Counted from the first letter of the whole stretch, positions 35,885 to 48,838 are shown. The stretch: 63,274 nucleotides of DNA, filler included, from Globobulimina sp. (GCA_003354225.1; 53 parts of 53 records of this genome joined end to end with filler, not necessarily neighbours in it), one strand, 5' to 3'. Notes: generated by a model from the sequence alone, not told the origin. Program-made: numbers and translations.

Positions 35885-36980
35885 TTTATATTCAATTTTT
35901 GGTGATGATCCAGATAAGCACCGATTGAGATGCTTTTTTTTATAACAAACCATTGTGATATTGCAGCAGTAAGAGCTATCCAACACCCTCTCCCTATATG
36001 TCCCAGAACATTAAAACAACCCATTCCAGCAATATTTGACACTGTTCCGTCATCACCACATAAACCAGGATATGTTGAATCAATTATCCATTTACTCACT
36101 GTATTCATCTCCATAGCACCCGACACATAACCAACAAAAAACACATCCAATGCATTCCATGCTTGTACAAACCAGACTGATTTCAATAATATCACAAAAT
36201 ATTTATGTTTTATAGGACAAAACCATAGAACAATCAACACAATTTGAGTGAGAATAGGTGCTACAATAACTGTTATCCAATAGCATGCAGATAAAAACAT
36301 TGCATTGTAATATTTATCAGTGGTTGATACCAGTCGCTCTGCAGTCTGTATCGGATTGTAAAGTTTTATATTTGTCGGAGTACCAATCACAGCTCCAATA
36401 AGACCCTCAATCTCAAATCTTACTGGCACAGTATATGCATTCTCCACAATTAACCATAAAATGCCCCATAAACACACCAAATACATTGAAAAACAAACTG
36501 CACCGAACACAGATTGTGGTTTGTAAAGCATTGCGAATATATTATACTTTTTATCCAATTTCCATAAATCAATATCTGTTCTATAAAAGGACTTAAAGGC
36601 AGATCCTTTATTTGCTACCATCAATACTGGGGCTTCGTTGATTTTATTTGAAGCACCGGGACGTTGCTCCAGATCAATATGTTCAATGTTTGCGTCAATC
36701 CGCAAATTAGATTGGGATTGCATCCAAATGCCAACATGATGTTTGTATCCATAGTTTTGATCCAAAAATATAAATATATGGCTATAGGCCATGGATAATA
36801 GATTAGCAATGACAAAGGTAACAATGCCTACGTCTGGTTCACATACAATACGAATGTCAACATTAAAATGCTTAAATGTATATGAAATATGAACATATAA
36901 ACAAACGGTCATCACAACTGAAGCATATAAGTCCATATACGACCATTTCCCTGCTTGGTCAATGAAGAATATCATGGGAT
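35885..36980 (-). CDS. Eukaryotic protein with tandem PqiA-like membrane domains (partial)
   Basis: KWSYMDLY and AWNALDVF motifs within multi-TM segments. Confidence 0.75.
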
Positions 36981-37080
36981 NNNNNNNNNNNNNNNNNNNN
37001 NNNNNNNNNNNNNNNNNNNNNNNNTTAATTAATTAANNNNNNNNNNNNNNNNNNNNNNNNNNNNNNNNNNNNNNNNNNNN

Positions 37081-37981
37081 TTACATTATGTGCGTCGCCG
37101 GTATTACTTTGTTGAATGTTTGGCTTATAATTACCTTCATTGATTCTACGTTTTGCGACACAAACATAGCACATGGAATGCATATTCACATAGCAAATAT
37201 CCTGTTTTCTTTGCGACACTAATAACATGAATCCAAAGTCCACCACAATCAAATACATTGAATGCAATATACATTGTAATATTCCGTTATCAAATGATAA
37301 ATAACCAGACATAAATTCGACATCAAAAAAGATGTGCACAATACAACACAGACACACAATGCATATGATTGCTTGCGTTATTTTTACAGCACGCATAGAT
37401 ACTTTTATCTTTTGTTTATTTTCATCTGTTAACGTTACATGATGTAATATCTTTGATAATGGTCGAATAGAAAAATGTGCCACCACTGCAATAAAAAACA
37501 TTATGAGACTTAATATTACATAAAAGACATGAATGAATAAGGTATTGTGATAAAAAACCCCCATTAAATAGCAAACAAACACTGAGATACAGATTAATAT
37601 TTGTCCAGTGCATAGAGAGTAACTGATCCATTTCGGTCTGATACCATTTACATTCATATATAACTGTTCAGTAAACGAAAATAATAATACACGAACTATA
37701 TGAATGCCAGATGTAATCAAAACTCCCTCAATGATATAACATAGTTTAAATAAATTATATTTTGATGCGAAAAGAGAATTACTATACATATTCTGTATAT
37801 AAATTAATGTATTTAGAACCAATGCAAAAGTTGCCCATATGACAACAAATATTGTCCAGTTCAATCGGTCTAAATCTCGTACACTTACTACACAGCATAG
37901 TTGTCTCCAACATATCATCGACAATATACTCAATATAACAGTTGAGGAATACAACACTATCACTGCAAAAACAGGCGGCAT
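37081..37981 (-). CDS. Seven-transmembrane (GPCR-like) protein
   Basis: About seven hydrophobic segments followed by a polar tail. Confidence 0.6.
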
Positions 37982-38406
37982 TGTGCAAGCGTGTGCAAGG
38001 ATAATACTGTTTTTATTATTTTAAATTCAATATACATCATCATGTACAAACATAATATTACTATTCATACAACAATACTTCAAAACTTTAAGAATTCATT
38101 TATAGTTAGCAATGGTCCTTCATTACTAGTTATGGAATTTTTGTGTAACAATGGCTCATTGTTACCGGTGCCAGTTNNNNNNNNNNNNNNNNNNNNNNNN
38201 NNNNNNNNNNNNNNNNNNNNTTAATTAATTAANNNNNNNNNNNNNNNNNNNNNNNNNNNNNNNNNNNNNNNNNNNNATTATTTTTTTATCTTTGTCCTGG
38301 GTTCGGACTTTTTTATATTATGCATTTCTTTAACTTTAATTGTGTGTTTGTCTATTTTTTAGTGTGGAACTTCATGTTTTTTCTAATTTAATTTACAAAA
38401 CTCAAA

Positions 38407-38448
38407 CGTGTTCGTAAAGGTCATAGTTTCGACCGAAACGTCACAACG
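38407..38448 (+). ncRNA. Minimal type I hammerhead ribozyme-like motif with a variant core
   Basis: CGTGT-[TCGTAAA]-GGTC/ATAGTTTC/GACC-GAAA-CG-TC^-ACAACG; predicted cleavage after C38442. Confidence 0.6.
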
Positions 38449-38567
38449 ATTCAAATACTCTCGACCTCAGTGGTCTGAATCTCTATATCAGTCGCAAGAT
38501 CCTGTCATTTATACGTCGTTATATTGATAGTATTTTACAAAACCATATACTTAATTATATTCTTAAT

Positions 38568-39098
38568 ATGGGACGAAGACCTACGCATTGTAGGGAATCA
38601 AAAGTATTCAGGCATAAGCTAACAATCAGACACTTCGACGGTTCATTTATTAGAGGCTATGGTTACAGTACTTTGGTATTCCCACACAATGAAGAAATAA
38701 AAGATACATTTTGGAAGAACCCAGGCAAATTTGATAATAATTGGAGGGATTTATTAGGTAACTTACAAAATTGGCACCTCGCTCAATATTATTATAGCTG
38801 TAAATCATTCATTGCCAAAACAAAGCAGCTATCTTTTCTGGAAGTCATCAAAGGGCATAAATTGATACCGAGCGGATTAAAAATCAAAACCAGAGTGAAT
38901 GGCATCTATCGAAATAGAGACATATTTTTACAAAATCAGATTATCGGACAGTGCCAAAGAAAATTATTAAATATGAGAATAGCATCATTACGCCGGAAAT
39001 TGAGAATGTTACACAATGAAAATATACCATTTCATTGGAATAATATCTGCAAATTCTATATGAAATCTTTGTTTTGTTATAACATTTTCAAATATTAA
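38568..39098 (+). CDS. Basic 176-aa protein resembling the N-terminal domain of Penelope-like element ORFs
   Basis: LSFLEVIKGHKLIPSGLKIK followed by a helical R/L-rich stretch; no RT or GIY-YIG domain present. Confidence 0.55.
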   Translation: MGRRPTHCRESKVFRHKLTIRHFDGSFIRGYGYSTLVFPHNEEIKDTFWKNPGKFDNNWRDLLGNLQNWHLAQYYYSCKSFIAKTKQLSFLEVIKGHKLIPSGLKIKTRVNGIYRNRDIFLQNQIIGQCQRKLLNMRIASLRRKLRMLHNENIPFHWNNICKFYMKSLFCYNIFKY

Positions 39099-39633
39099 CG
39101 GAGATTTCTTCTCTTTTAATGTATAGATACTTTCTCTCTTTTTATTTGTGAATATTTTTGTCAAAACTTTGTTTTATAAAATTGTTCGAATTCTATTTTT
39201 TGTTTATAGGGAGTTTTATTTTTGTTTTTTATGTCGAAAGATCCCTGATTTTTATTATTTTTTTATCTTTGTCCTGGGTTCGGACTTTTTTATATTATGC
39301 ATTTCTTTAACTTTAATTGTGTGTTTGTCTATTTTTTAGTGTGGAACTTCATGTTTTTTCTAATTTAATTTANNNNNNNNNNNNNNNNNNNNNNNNNNNN
39401 NNNNNNNNNNNNNNNNTTAATTAATTAANNNNNNNNNNNNNNNNNNNNNNNNNNNNNNNNNNNNNNNNNNNNAACACCACATTCTCCATCATTCATTGCA
39501 TTCATATTATTCTTTCGGACTTTGCTTTCTTCTCTGATTTGGATGATGAAAAACCAAAATCAAACGATCCGTTTTTTAGCACTACGGTTTTCTTTTTTCA
39601 ACAGGTTTTTTTATTTAAACTAGTTTTTGTAGC

Positions 39634-40568
39634 ATGGGACAGTGTTGCAAACCTGTGCTGCCAGAGTCTGAGCAGAGTGTTTCCAACGCGAATACGGATT
39701 ATACTGCCAGGAAAAGACGCTCCCAATTATTAGTCAGTGGATATGTTAGAAATTGTAGCACTCCATACATCCATACAGATATTATTAGTATCATTCATGC
39801 GTTCCATTATTATATTTTATTGCTATTATATTCTATTGGTGCGAATGGAAAGGGACAACAAGGCAATGGAGGAAATCGACATATTAAACAAATAACAAAA
39901 ATAAAAATATTTGAAAAAGAAATAAAAAATATTGTTACTTGTGGAGAAGCAGCATATATTTTATTTGATGATGAAACATATGAATGCTGTGGGTATAATA
40001 GAAGGGGTGTATTAGGTGCTGGGCATTATAATAATATCAATATATGGCATCAAATAAAAGATATGAAAATAAAAAATATATTTTCAGCACCAAACAGATC
40101 AAAACATTCATTTTGTATTTCAAATGAGAATAAATTATACGCTGTCGGATGGAATAAGTATAATCAGTTTGGTATAGAAACAAATGAACAAAACAATAAT
40201 AAATGGACACCAATTAATACAACATTATCGATTCAAAAAGTAGCCACAGCAGGGCGATATACAACATTTTTAAGTACAAATGCTAAAATATACGTTGCTG
40301 GCGCTGATGATGGTTTTGGTGGTTTAGGATTAGGAAAAGATATTAATTCATCACCAAATATTCAAGAAATTCAAATAAAAATAAAATTTAAGGATATATA
40401 TTGTGGATGTCATCATACCTTAGCAATTGATGAAAATTATGGTGTTTGGGCGTGGGGATATGGTAAATGTGGTAGTTTAGGCCATGGAGATGCTAATAAT
40501 AGATATTCACCAACAAGAATACAATATTTTATTCAAAACAATATTAAAATTGGTAAAATATGTTGTGG
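39634..40568 (+). CDS. RCC1/BLIP-II repeat protein with an N-terminal acylation motif (close paralog of 29905-31000)
   Basis: MGQCC start, LLVSGYVR...IISIIHAFHY motif and RCC1 repeats. Confidence 0.93.
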
Positions 40569-40669
40569 NNNNNNNNNNNNNNNNNNNNNNNNNNNNNNNN
40601 NNNNNNNNNNNNTTAATTAATTAANNNNNNNNNNNNNNNNNNNNNNNNNNNNNNNNNNNNNNNNNNNNC

Positions 40670-41764
40670 TTGTTACGAGAATGGGGAGTAGCCCCTGAAG
40701 ATGACATTGAACCAATTATTAGTGAGGTTATAAATGCTTCTCCAATTCCGAACAGAGGCGGGAGTGCGCGATCTTCGTCCATACCGGATGTTCTAAGTCG
40801 CAGTGCTTCGGCCCAAGGGTCGGGATCGAGAACAAATTCACCCGCAAATACAGTTATTGAAAGAATACTAAGTGATCCTAGTATTCCAATTAATCCAAGT
40901 ACCATACGATATCCACGCACCGAGCCATTTGGAACACCAACTCCGACTATCCGTATGTTGGAAGGTATCGGCCTTGAAGCGGATCGAGAAGTTGCACCCG
41001 CAGCAATTATCGACTTCCAACAGGGACGAATCCATCATATTCCAAATGTGTGCGACTGCCACGATTGTCTACGGTATCGCCACAACCAAATTGAGAATAT
41101 GGCTCCTGAACCTAAGCCTACAGTATTATCCCGAAGGCCTATCTTCCCAGATCGAGTAAATTCTCCTTGGTTTAGACAAAGATATGGTCAAATGATACCT
41201 CTCGACCAATACATTCCAGTACCAATACCTCCTCGAGGCTGGAAAATTTCTAATTTCATAGCTCGATATGGCCTCGTCGCGATCATTCCCTACGAGCTCG
41301 AAGATCATCATGCTTTATCGGCGCCATATCAAAATAAATATAGAAATTCACCTAACGGATGGATATCTCATACTTTAGAGGATTCGACTACTCTTGTCAT
41401 GTATGACTGGAGCTCTCGAACGGAAGATCAACAATTTGCTTATTATCATCTAGAAACTGGTATCCATTCTGATATGATCTGGCCATACCCAGGAGAGGCA
41501 GTGTCGCGGGAACGGGGACAATTACCTCGATTCTTACGTCATTTATTGCCTTGCCCCCCACCTCGATTACCAGCCACCTGGACCTGGGCAGACTCTGATG
41601 ACCTTTATGATGAAGAACCATCGGCATGTGTGTTAAGTCCACCTCTGCCTAATGGTTTCAAATTTGACACCAACGACATTGCACTCGGCTGCGTTGCCAT
41701 CGTACCTGATGGTCAACCCCGCAATATACGTCAAACTGGACTTTTAATTCAAAAACAAGATACA
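40670..41764 (+). CDS. Hypothetical Pro-rich intronless protein with internal P-x-P-x-G-W/F repeats (partial)
   Basis: ORF spans the whole contig and has higher GC than its neighbours. Confidence 0.65.
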
Positions 41765-41865
41765 NNNNNNNNNNNNNNNNNNNNNNNNNNNNNNNNNNNN
41801 NNNNNNNNTTAATTAATTAANNNNNNNNNNNNNNNNNNNNNNNNNNNNNNNNNNNNNNNNNNNNA

Positions 41866-42959
41866 TTAATTCATTAATTCATATTTCTCCACATCGCCAG
41901 CGCTAATATACAATGGCGGTGATGGCAAAATTAGTGGCTTAACTGGATAAAGATAATGTTTTTTGATCCACTGTCGGGTTAATTGTATATCGTTATTCTG
42001 CTCAGTGTAATAAGTAACAATTTTATTATATTCAAGGAATAAATAATATGATATCATAGTTGATAATATTTGATGTCCCCAAAAGAATGGATGAGTTCCT
42101 TCGTGACTAAAATAGCCGACATCTTTCAATTCATCATTACCAATATTTGTCTTATATGTTTTCTGCAAAATTTGTAATGAATCATATAACGACAATGACA
42201 CAATTTGATAATATTTTAATATTGATGTCATTATGAAATGTGATGCTAATATATGGCCAGTAGCTCCTCTGTGAATCGTTGCCTCCAAATTAATAATAAC
42301 GGGGTGGTATGGGATTTGTAATAAATGACGAAAATATATCTCGAATAATTCTAATTCTTTGCGTATTTCATCGGCGTTATCTCTCTTGACATGATTATTT
42401 GTGGCTGCTTCCACAATAACAATATCATATTTTATTGAGTTTGGTGAGAAAAATATTTCAGAGAATACACCGCCAATAAAACTGCCCACAGAGCTTCCTC
42501 CAAAACCAATGTAATACACTGTATGATTACAAAAGTCATTTTCAAACATTTCATTCAACCATAACTCCAAATAATAAGCATATCTTTCTTTATCTTTTTC
42601 TGTATTTTTATTCAAATCAACATCCCATATTATCCCTTTACTGACTGAGCCTCCTAAAACACCAATATTTAAACAAGTTGATTCATTCAATATTAGTTTA
42701 TCAAAAAATAATTGCAAAATTGGTCCTGCATTTCCTGGGTAAACAGACAATGTTCGATCGAAAAAATATTTCGATCCACCTAACTCAGCCATTGATAAAT
42801 ATTTAGTAAAATTGAAGATTGACATTGATTCTGTTGGATATAACCATGGCAAAATATTGTCAGACATAGTAGATATGTCTGGTTTGATTGACGTTGTTAT
42901 TGTTTGGTATTTATGATCGTCAGTTGGATAAAATTGATCTTCAAAATTGCGATCAACAC
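41866..42959 (-). CDS. SGNH/GDSL hydrolase-like protein (partial)
   Basis: VLGGSVS (block I), GG (II), EAATN (III) and EGTHP..GH (V). Confidence 0.8.
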
Positions 42960-43059
42960 NNNNNNNNNNNNNNNNNNNNNNNNNNNNNNNNNNNNNNNNN
43001 NNNTTAATTAATTAANNNNNNNNNNNNNNNNNNNNNNNNNNNNNNNNNNNNNNNNNNNN

Positions 43060-43648
43060 AGTATAAGAACATACATATGACTGCATTATATTTCCTGCAA
43101 CAATTATCCATCACATATCCAGCCACTGGAAATAATAATGCATCTCCAATATATGAAATTGCATTTATAAATCCAATGTTTTTCGCATTCAAAAGAAATG
43201 TATATAGCTGTCAGACGTGACCTGATTGCTGAAATTTTGTGATGTTCCTAACAAAGCTAATGAAATATACCAAACAGAATATTGATATGTGTCATAACAG
43301 AAAAATAAAAGTGAATAAGAAACACTACGAATTATTACAGTCATAATTAATACGAATACACATCCATACACTGAATACATTGGTAAATCCTAACACAAAT
43401 ATTAAATTTCCAGTTGTTGTCTCGTTTTCAGTGTATAATGGTACAATGATAAACATTGCAGCGAAGACAGCATAGTGGTCCAACAGTAAAACTGCCAGCG
43501 GTATCCAATGGCAATATAATTGACTCCAGCTAACGCTGTGCATATCTGCTGCCGCAGTAGAATTGATGAATGTGGAGCTTTCGCTTTCTTGTGAGGATTG
43601 ATCGTCAAACTGAAGAACCTGTGCCTCTTCACTTGATCTATTTGCCAT
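43060..43648 (-). CDS. MFS transporter 5' part (interrupted by intron or frameshift)
   Basis: TM segments and PVAGYVMDNCCRK (motif A-like). Confidence 0.65.
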
Positions 43649-43753
43649 GTTTTCTGGAAAAAAACCTTCGTGTTAATAGTGTACGTAAATTTAAATCATG
43701 TCATATAAAACAAAAAAGTCAGGTGTAACAAATAATCAATCAACGTTGTCAGA

Positions 43754-44154
43754 TCAAAAAATAGCACTTGGATTTGCAGTATAAACATAAATAATTCCAT
43801 CTTCATAAAATGGGATAAATACTTCAGTCCATCCATCACCATTGACATCCCCAAATGCCATAATACCGGCAGTACCTCCAACACTTTTAATCGCTTGTTT
43901 TTCATATTCAAATGATTGCTGATTAATTAATGACAATTCCCATGAGATAAAATTGCCATCGCCAGCCACACCAATCTTAAATGGTTTATGTATATCATTT
44001 TTAGCATTTAAATCAAATGGTTTTACAAATCCTGGCGCGCCCACACCAACACCACCTGATGTATTAAAATTAAATGCAATCTGATGCTTTACAAAGTTAT
44101 TATTATTTGGAAAATCATCTGAAAATTCATATAAAAATACACCATTTATCGATC
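43754..44154 (-). CDS. FG-GAP/VCBS repeat protein C-terminus
   Basis: GAPG and FGDVNGDGWTEVFIP. Confidence 0.7.
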
Positions 44155-45046
44155 NNNNNNNNNNNNNNNNNNNNNNNNNNNNNNNNNNNNNNNNNNNNTT
44201 AATTAATTAANNNNNNNNNNNNNNNNNNNNNNNNNNNNNNNNNNNNNNNNNNNNCTGATCTTATCAAACACCTTGCAAAGCGTCTCTATGCCAGTCTCAC
44301 ATCGTAATCTATTGATGGCATTATTGTTAGTATCGCGCAAAATAAATATTATATATTATATATTGAATATATAAATACCAATAATTGTGTATTTACATTG
44401 CAAATAATCTTCAATATTGTCGCTAGTTTGCGGGCGAATATTGTGCCGATAGGCGGTGAATAAACATATTTTTAAAAATGAATTTAGAAAAGGAATTGAG
44501 TGGCAATCCACAGCCACAATCACCCAAAAACGATTAAAAAACGAATATTATTTGTATTAATATTATCTGCAAATTACCTCTGTGGATCGCACAGCATTCG
44601 GCTATGATGATCAGGAAAAAAAGAAGATAATGAAAACGACTTCGAATGTGATATAAATGAATGTTTTTTGACGCAAAGAAATAATCGAAATAAATCGAAA
44701 AAGAGCAAGTATAATAATAAACGGAATGAGATATTTTTTATTGACTCGAATGAGTATTTTATTGTTTAGGATATTTCGAGTATCATCAATCCAATATTTT
44801 ATTGTTTGTGGGGGATGAAAATGAGGCAAATAAAAAATGGATTTGATGGTTATTATACCATCACAAAACAATACAAACACGCAAAATATGTTTATTATAA
44901 TGGAATTTGATGGAATTTGATGGCTGTTTACCATCATAAGACTTTTAACGCGTCGACTGACTTTGTACTGAAGTTATCGAACTGAATGAAAAAAAGTAAG
45001 CTGTTTGAAAAGTTTTTTTAAAAATCAGTACTTATCGGACACCCCT

Positions 45047-45100
45047 ATTGGTTTGATTGGATCACAAACCAAATGGATGTAGGTTCGAATCCTACGGTGA
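45047..45100 (+). ncRNA. tRNA-like element 2 (5'-truncated; same subfamily as element 1)
   Basis: TTGGTTTG/ATTGGATCA/CAAACCAA-ATGGAT-GTAGG/TTCGAAT/CCTAC-GGTGA. Confidence 0.75.
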
Positions 45101-45182
45101 TGAGATGGAATGGATATGGTTTAATGGATTTAATTATTATTTGATTAAACAAGAGCCTCTGCTATGACACGCAAGCTCAGAA

Positions 45183-45293
45183 TATTAAAAGCAAATGCCG
45201 TCACGTATTAAGGCGGCGAAAATTAAAAGCAATGCCGTCACATATTAAGGCGGCGGATATTAAAAGCAAAGCCGTCACATATTAAGGCGGCGG
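45183..45293 (+). repeat. Three tandem ~37-bp units, each with a GCCGTC...GGCGGC hairpin; homologous units at 21061-21110 (minus strand)
   Basis: ATTAAAAGCAA(A)TGCCGTCAC(A/G)TATTAAGGCGGCG x3. Confidence 0.9.
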
Positions 45294-45449
45294 AATCAAA
45301 TTAATTATTTAGAATATAACGTGAAAATGCAGCATATCAAACTGCATCTNNNNNNNNNNNNNNNNNNNNNNNNNNNNNNNNNNNNNNNNNNNNTTAATTA
45401 ATTAANNNNNNNNNNNNNNNNNNNNNNNNNNNNNNNNNNNNNNNNNNNN

Positions 45450-46544
45450 CATACATCGTCTCCGCATGTCGAACACCAATGGGAGTGTATAATGGTGGTT
45501 TATCATCGTTAACCGCAGTCAATTTGGGAAGTATAGCCTGTAACGCATCATTTGATCGTTGTAATGTACCAAAAGAATTAGTGGATGAAGTAATTTACGG
45601 CAATGGATGTTCAGCCGGTTTGGGTCAAAACCCAGCACGTCAAGTTTCATTTGAATGTGGTTTACCAGACTCAGCCTCATGTTACACCGTAAATAAAGTC
45701 TGTTCATCTGGCTTAAAAGCCGTAACTTTAGCCACGCAATCAATAGAATTGGGGCATTCCCATATAGTGTCATGTGGTGGATTTGAGTCAATGAGTAACA
45801 TTCCCTATTATAGTAACAAAACGCGTTTCGGTGCAAAAATGGGTAATATTGACATGATTGATGGCATGTTGCAGGATGGATTGACTTGCGCCAAACACAA
45901 GATACCAATGGGCCAATCAGCAGACGATACAGCCAAAGAATACTTTATTACGCGGAAGAAACAGGATGATTTTGCACTTGATTCGTTTATGCGCGCACAA
46001 ACCGCATATCAAAGATCTATATTTGATTTTGAAATAATTCCCATTGAAATACCAATAAAAAATAAGGATAATATTGTCATCTCACAAGATGAAGGATGTT
46101 GGAAGTTGAATGAGGATAAGTTACGATCACTACGCCCGGCCTTTAGTACGGAAGGGAGTGTAACGGCAGGCAACGCCTCACAAATATCTGATGGTGGCGC
46201 CGCATTAATTGTTGTGTCTGAAGATAAATTGCAAGAGTTAAATTTGCGTCCATTAGCAGCAATATTGTCGTATGCCGACGCAGAGCAGGAATGTAGTAAA
46301 TGGCCGACCTCTCCATCTATTGCTGTACCAAAAGCACTTAAAAGAGCTGGCATATCGTTAGATGACTTAAACCAGCAAGATTTCTTTGAGATAAATGAAG
46401 CATTTGCGGTGGTTGCGCTCGCAAATCGAAGTGTGTTGAAAATAAATGAATATAATTTCAATATGTATGGAGGTGCAGTAGCCATAGGACACCCGATTCG
46501 GTGTAGTGGAGCGCGTATATTAGTTACATTGATTATGTTTTTAT
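45450..46544 (+). CDS. Acetyl-CoA acetyltransferase (thiolase), near complete
   Basis: GQNPARQ, NKVCSSG, TAGNASQISDG, EINEAF and GGAVAIGHP. Confidence 0.97.
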
Positions 46545-46644
46545 NNNNNNNNNNNNNNNNNNNNNNNNNNNNNNNNNNNNNNNNNNNNTTAATTAATTAA
46601 NNNNNNNNNNNNNNNNNNNNNNNNNNNNNNNNNNNNNNNNNNNN

Positions 46645-47721
46645 CAACGCCTTGCTCACTGGGTTTTGCACCCGGTTCGATTCCGATAATATCTGCTGAC
46701 AAAATCTGCACTTTGCGGCCGATTTGCTGGCGCTCAGAGACTCGCAAGTCTCGCCAATATGGTACGGCGACTCCCAGCAATGGCGACAGAAATCCACGTT
46801 GCATTTCTCCTCTTTGTTGCGGCATAATATACGGTACGACCGGTAATGATCTTGCTTGTCTGTGCTTAATGTGTCGCTGGTCACGGGATGCCGTAGTTTT
46901 TTATACGCGATTTCCTCCTCAGCCGAGAGCTTTTTGTGCGTGGATAAGATTTCCATGGCCATGGAACAGGCGGGACATTTGACATAATGCGACTTGGACG
47001 CGAGCAGAGTCTCTAATTGCTTGGCGGCGAAGTCTTCGAAGAGCTCAGCGGATAAAATGTCTTTTAAGTCGGACACGGTGAAACGAGTCGAGATCTGATC
47101 CAATTGTCCTCGTTGTAGACAGCTGCGGACGTATTGGTTCAGCATTTTGCGGTCGGCGTACCACTTATGGCCATCTGGCGAATATAACAAGAAAATGGGC
47201 AACGTCTTCTTGCTTAAATAGCATTGATGACAGTACCAGCCGCTATCGCCGCCTTTTTTGCGTAGCTCGATCTTGGATTTGAACGCTTGCGTATCGGTGA
47301 TGGATAATAAGTTGTCTAATTTGCCGTCTTTTAATTGCAATATGATGCAACGCCACAGGTTTAACATCTGTTTGTTGGTCGTGCGTACACTGAAAATGTC
47401 TTTGTTGTTATACGAGGCGACGATGTCAAAGGTCCAGGCTCCGTTGTCACGAATGGATAACTCGCCAATGGATAAGGTGAAGACCGGCGAGTCGCTGTGT
47501 AGCGTGTTATAGGCATTCAAGGAGCCGTCGGCAATCTTGCACCAATAATATGGAAATTCCTCGTCATCCTCATTCACGTAAAAAGCCTCGCCAATGGCGT
47601 CATTATGATACGATTCATGCTCAAACTCATCGTGTTTCTGCTCTTGCTTATACTCATTGCGGTTGCCATGGTTCTTCTCGTTGTAGGTCGCCAGTATACT
47701 TTTAGGCACATTGACCCGCAA
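46645..47721 (-). CDS. IBR-containing (RBR-like) ubiquitin ligase with an upstream PH-like region (partial)
   Basis: VKCPAC...C.....C..DFCRHCWESPYHIGETC. Confidence 0.7.
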
Positions 47722-47839
47722 AAACCCCTCAATAAAACTNNNNNNNNNNNNNNNNNNNNNNNNNNNNNNNNNNNNNNNNNNNNTTAATTAATTAANNNNN
47801 NNNNNNNNNNNNNNNNNNNNNNNNNNNNNNNNNNNNNNN

Positions 47840-48362
47840 CAGAGATTTGAATTTCATCATCAAATCTTGTTTCGCTCCGCTCCTGGTTATTGCTTTTAAT
47901 CCCTTGTTAAAGGCAATGACATAGATCTCACAATTTGGATTTTTTTTTGAACACACAAGAAACATCTCATCATGGACCAATGGGGTGTCGTCTGCCAGAA
48001 TAAGTTGTTTTGCATCTTCAGCCTTGAACTGTGTGCGGATGATATGCGCCCCTACATATGGGTCAATGGGGAAAATATCAATCCGCTTATGTAAAATTTT
48101 CCGTGCGTTTATAATGTCTGAACTGGCCACTTCTATATTCAACTGGGATTTTAAATTATCAAACCTGTCTCCATAGCTGTATCCCCGGGTAATCCCTATT
48201 TTATATAGTTTCAAATCATCATGGGAATCCCATGAAAACCCAGCATCCTTTCGAACCATAAAAACAGTAGATGAGGAGAGGATCAGATCTGAATAAACCC
48301 ACTTTTCAGCCCGTTTTTTATTGTAAATCCAAGCATAGGACAGGATATCCTCTTTATCCAGA
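47840..48362 (-). CDS. Bacterial amino-acid ABC transporter substrate-binding protein (family 3) fragment
   Basis: YAW.YNKKRAEKWVYSD, KIGITRGYSYG, RIDIFPID and AFNKGL. Confidence 0.85.
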
Positions 48363-48838
48363 ATATGGAGAATGTGAATAACTTATTACATATTTTAAAT
48401 CGTTATAAATCCAGAAACATTTTAATCAATGCGAATAAATCCGATATTGATATCAATAATTTATTGCAGAATATTGGTGAAAATATGTCATTAAATGTGG
48501 GTAAATTCGGCGATATAATCTCTTGTATCAACATGTCGATGCATAGTAAATTATTATTATTGCTATCTTTAAAACAAATCATTGCCAAAAAGAACTCAAA
48601 TAATGAACAAACAAAACCAAATTCAATACAATAACAAATACACAGAATAATGATAAAAACAACATACAAATACACAAAATATAGCACAAAATATACAAAA
48701 TAAATAAGCAAATTTAAAATAAAACACAGAATAAAAATAAAATAAGATACAAAACGGAAAGAAATTATCCTTGCCCAAACACAATACGCCAAAGAGATCA
48801 CATATAAAATATAACACAAACCTGGAGGGCTATCGCCA

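Larger units (their letters stand above)
38277..39372 (+). mobile_element. Penelope-like/retrozyme-like unit with 977-bp period; 119-bp exact terminal direct repeat (38277-38395 = 39254-39372)
   Basis: Terminal direct repeat, hammerhead-like motif and an ORF resembling the PLE N-terminal domain. Confidence 0.7.

Noticed and set aside
45183-45293. 37-bp repeats as CRISPR repeats
   Set aside because: Units are head-to-tail with no spacers.
48403-48819. Hydrophobic membrane-protein ORFs
   Set aside because: Translation of A-rich low-complexity DNA.
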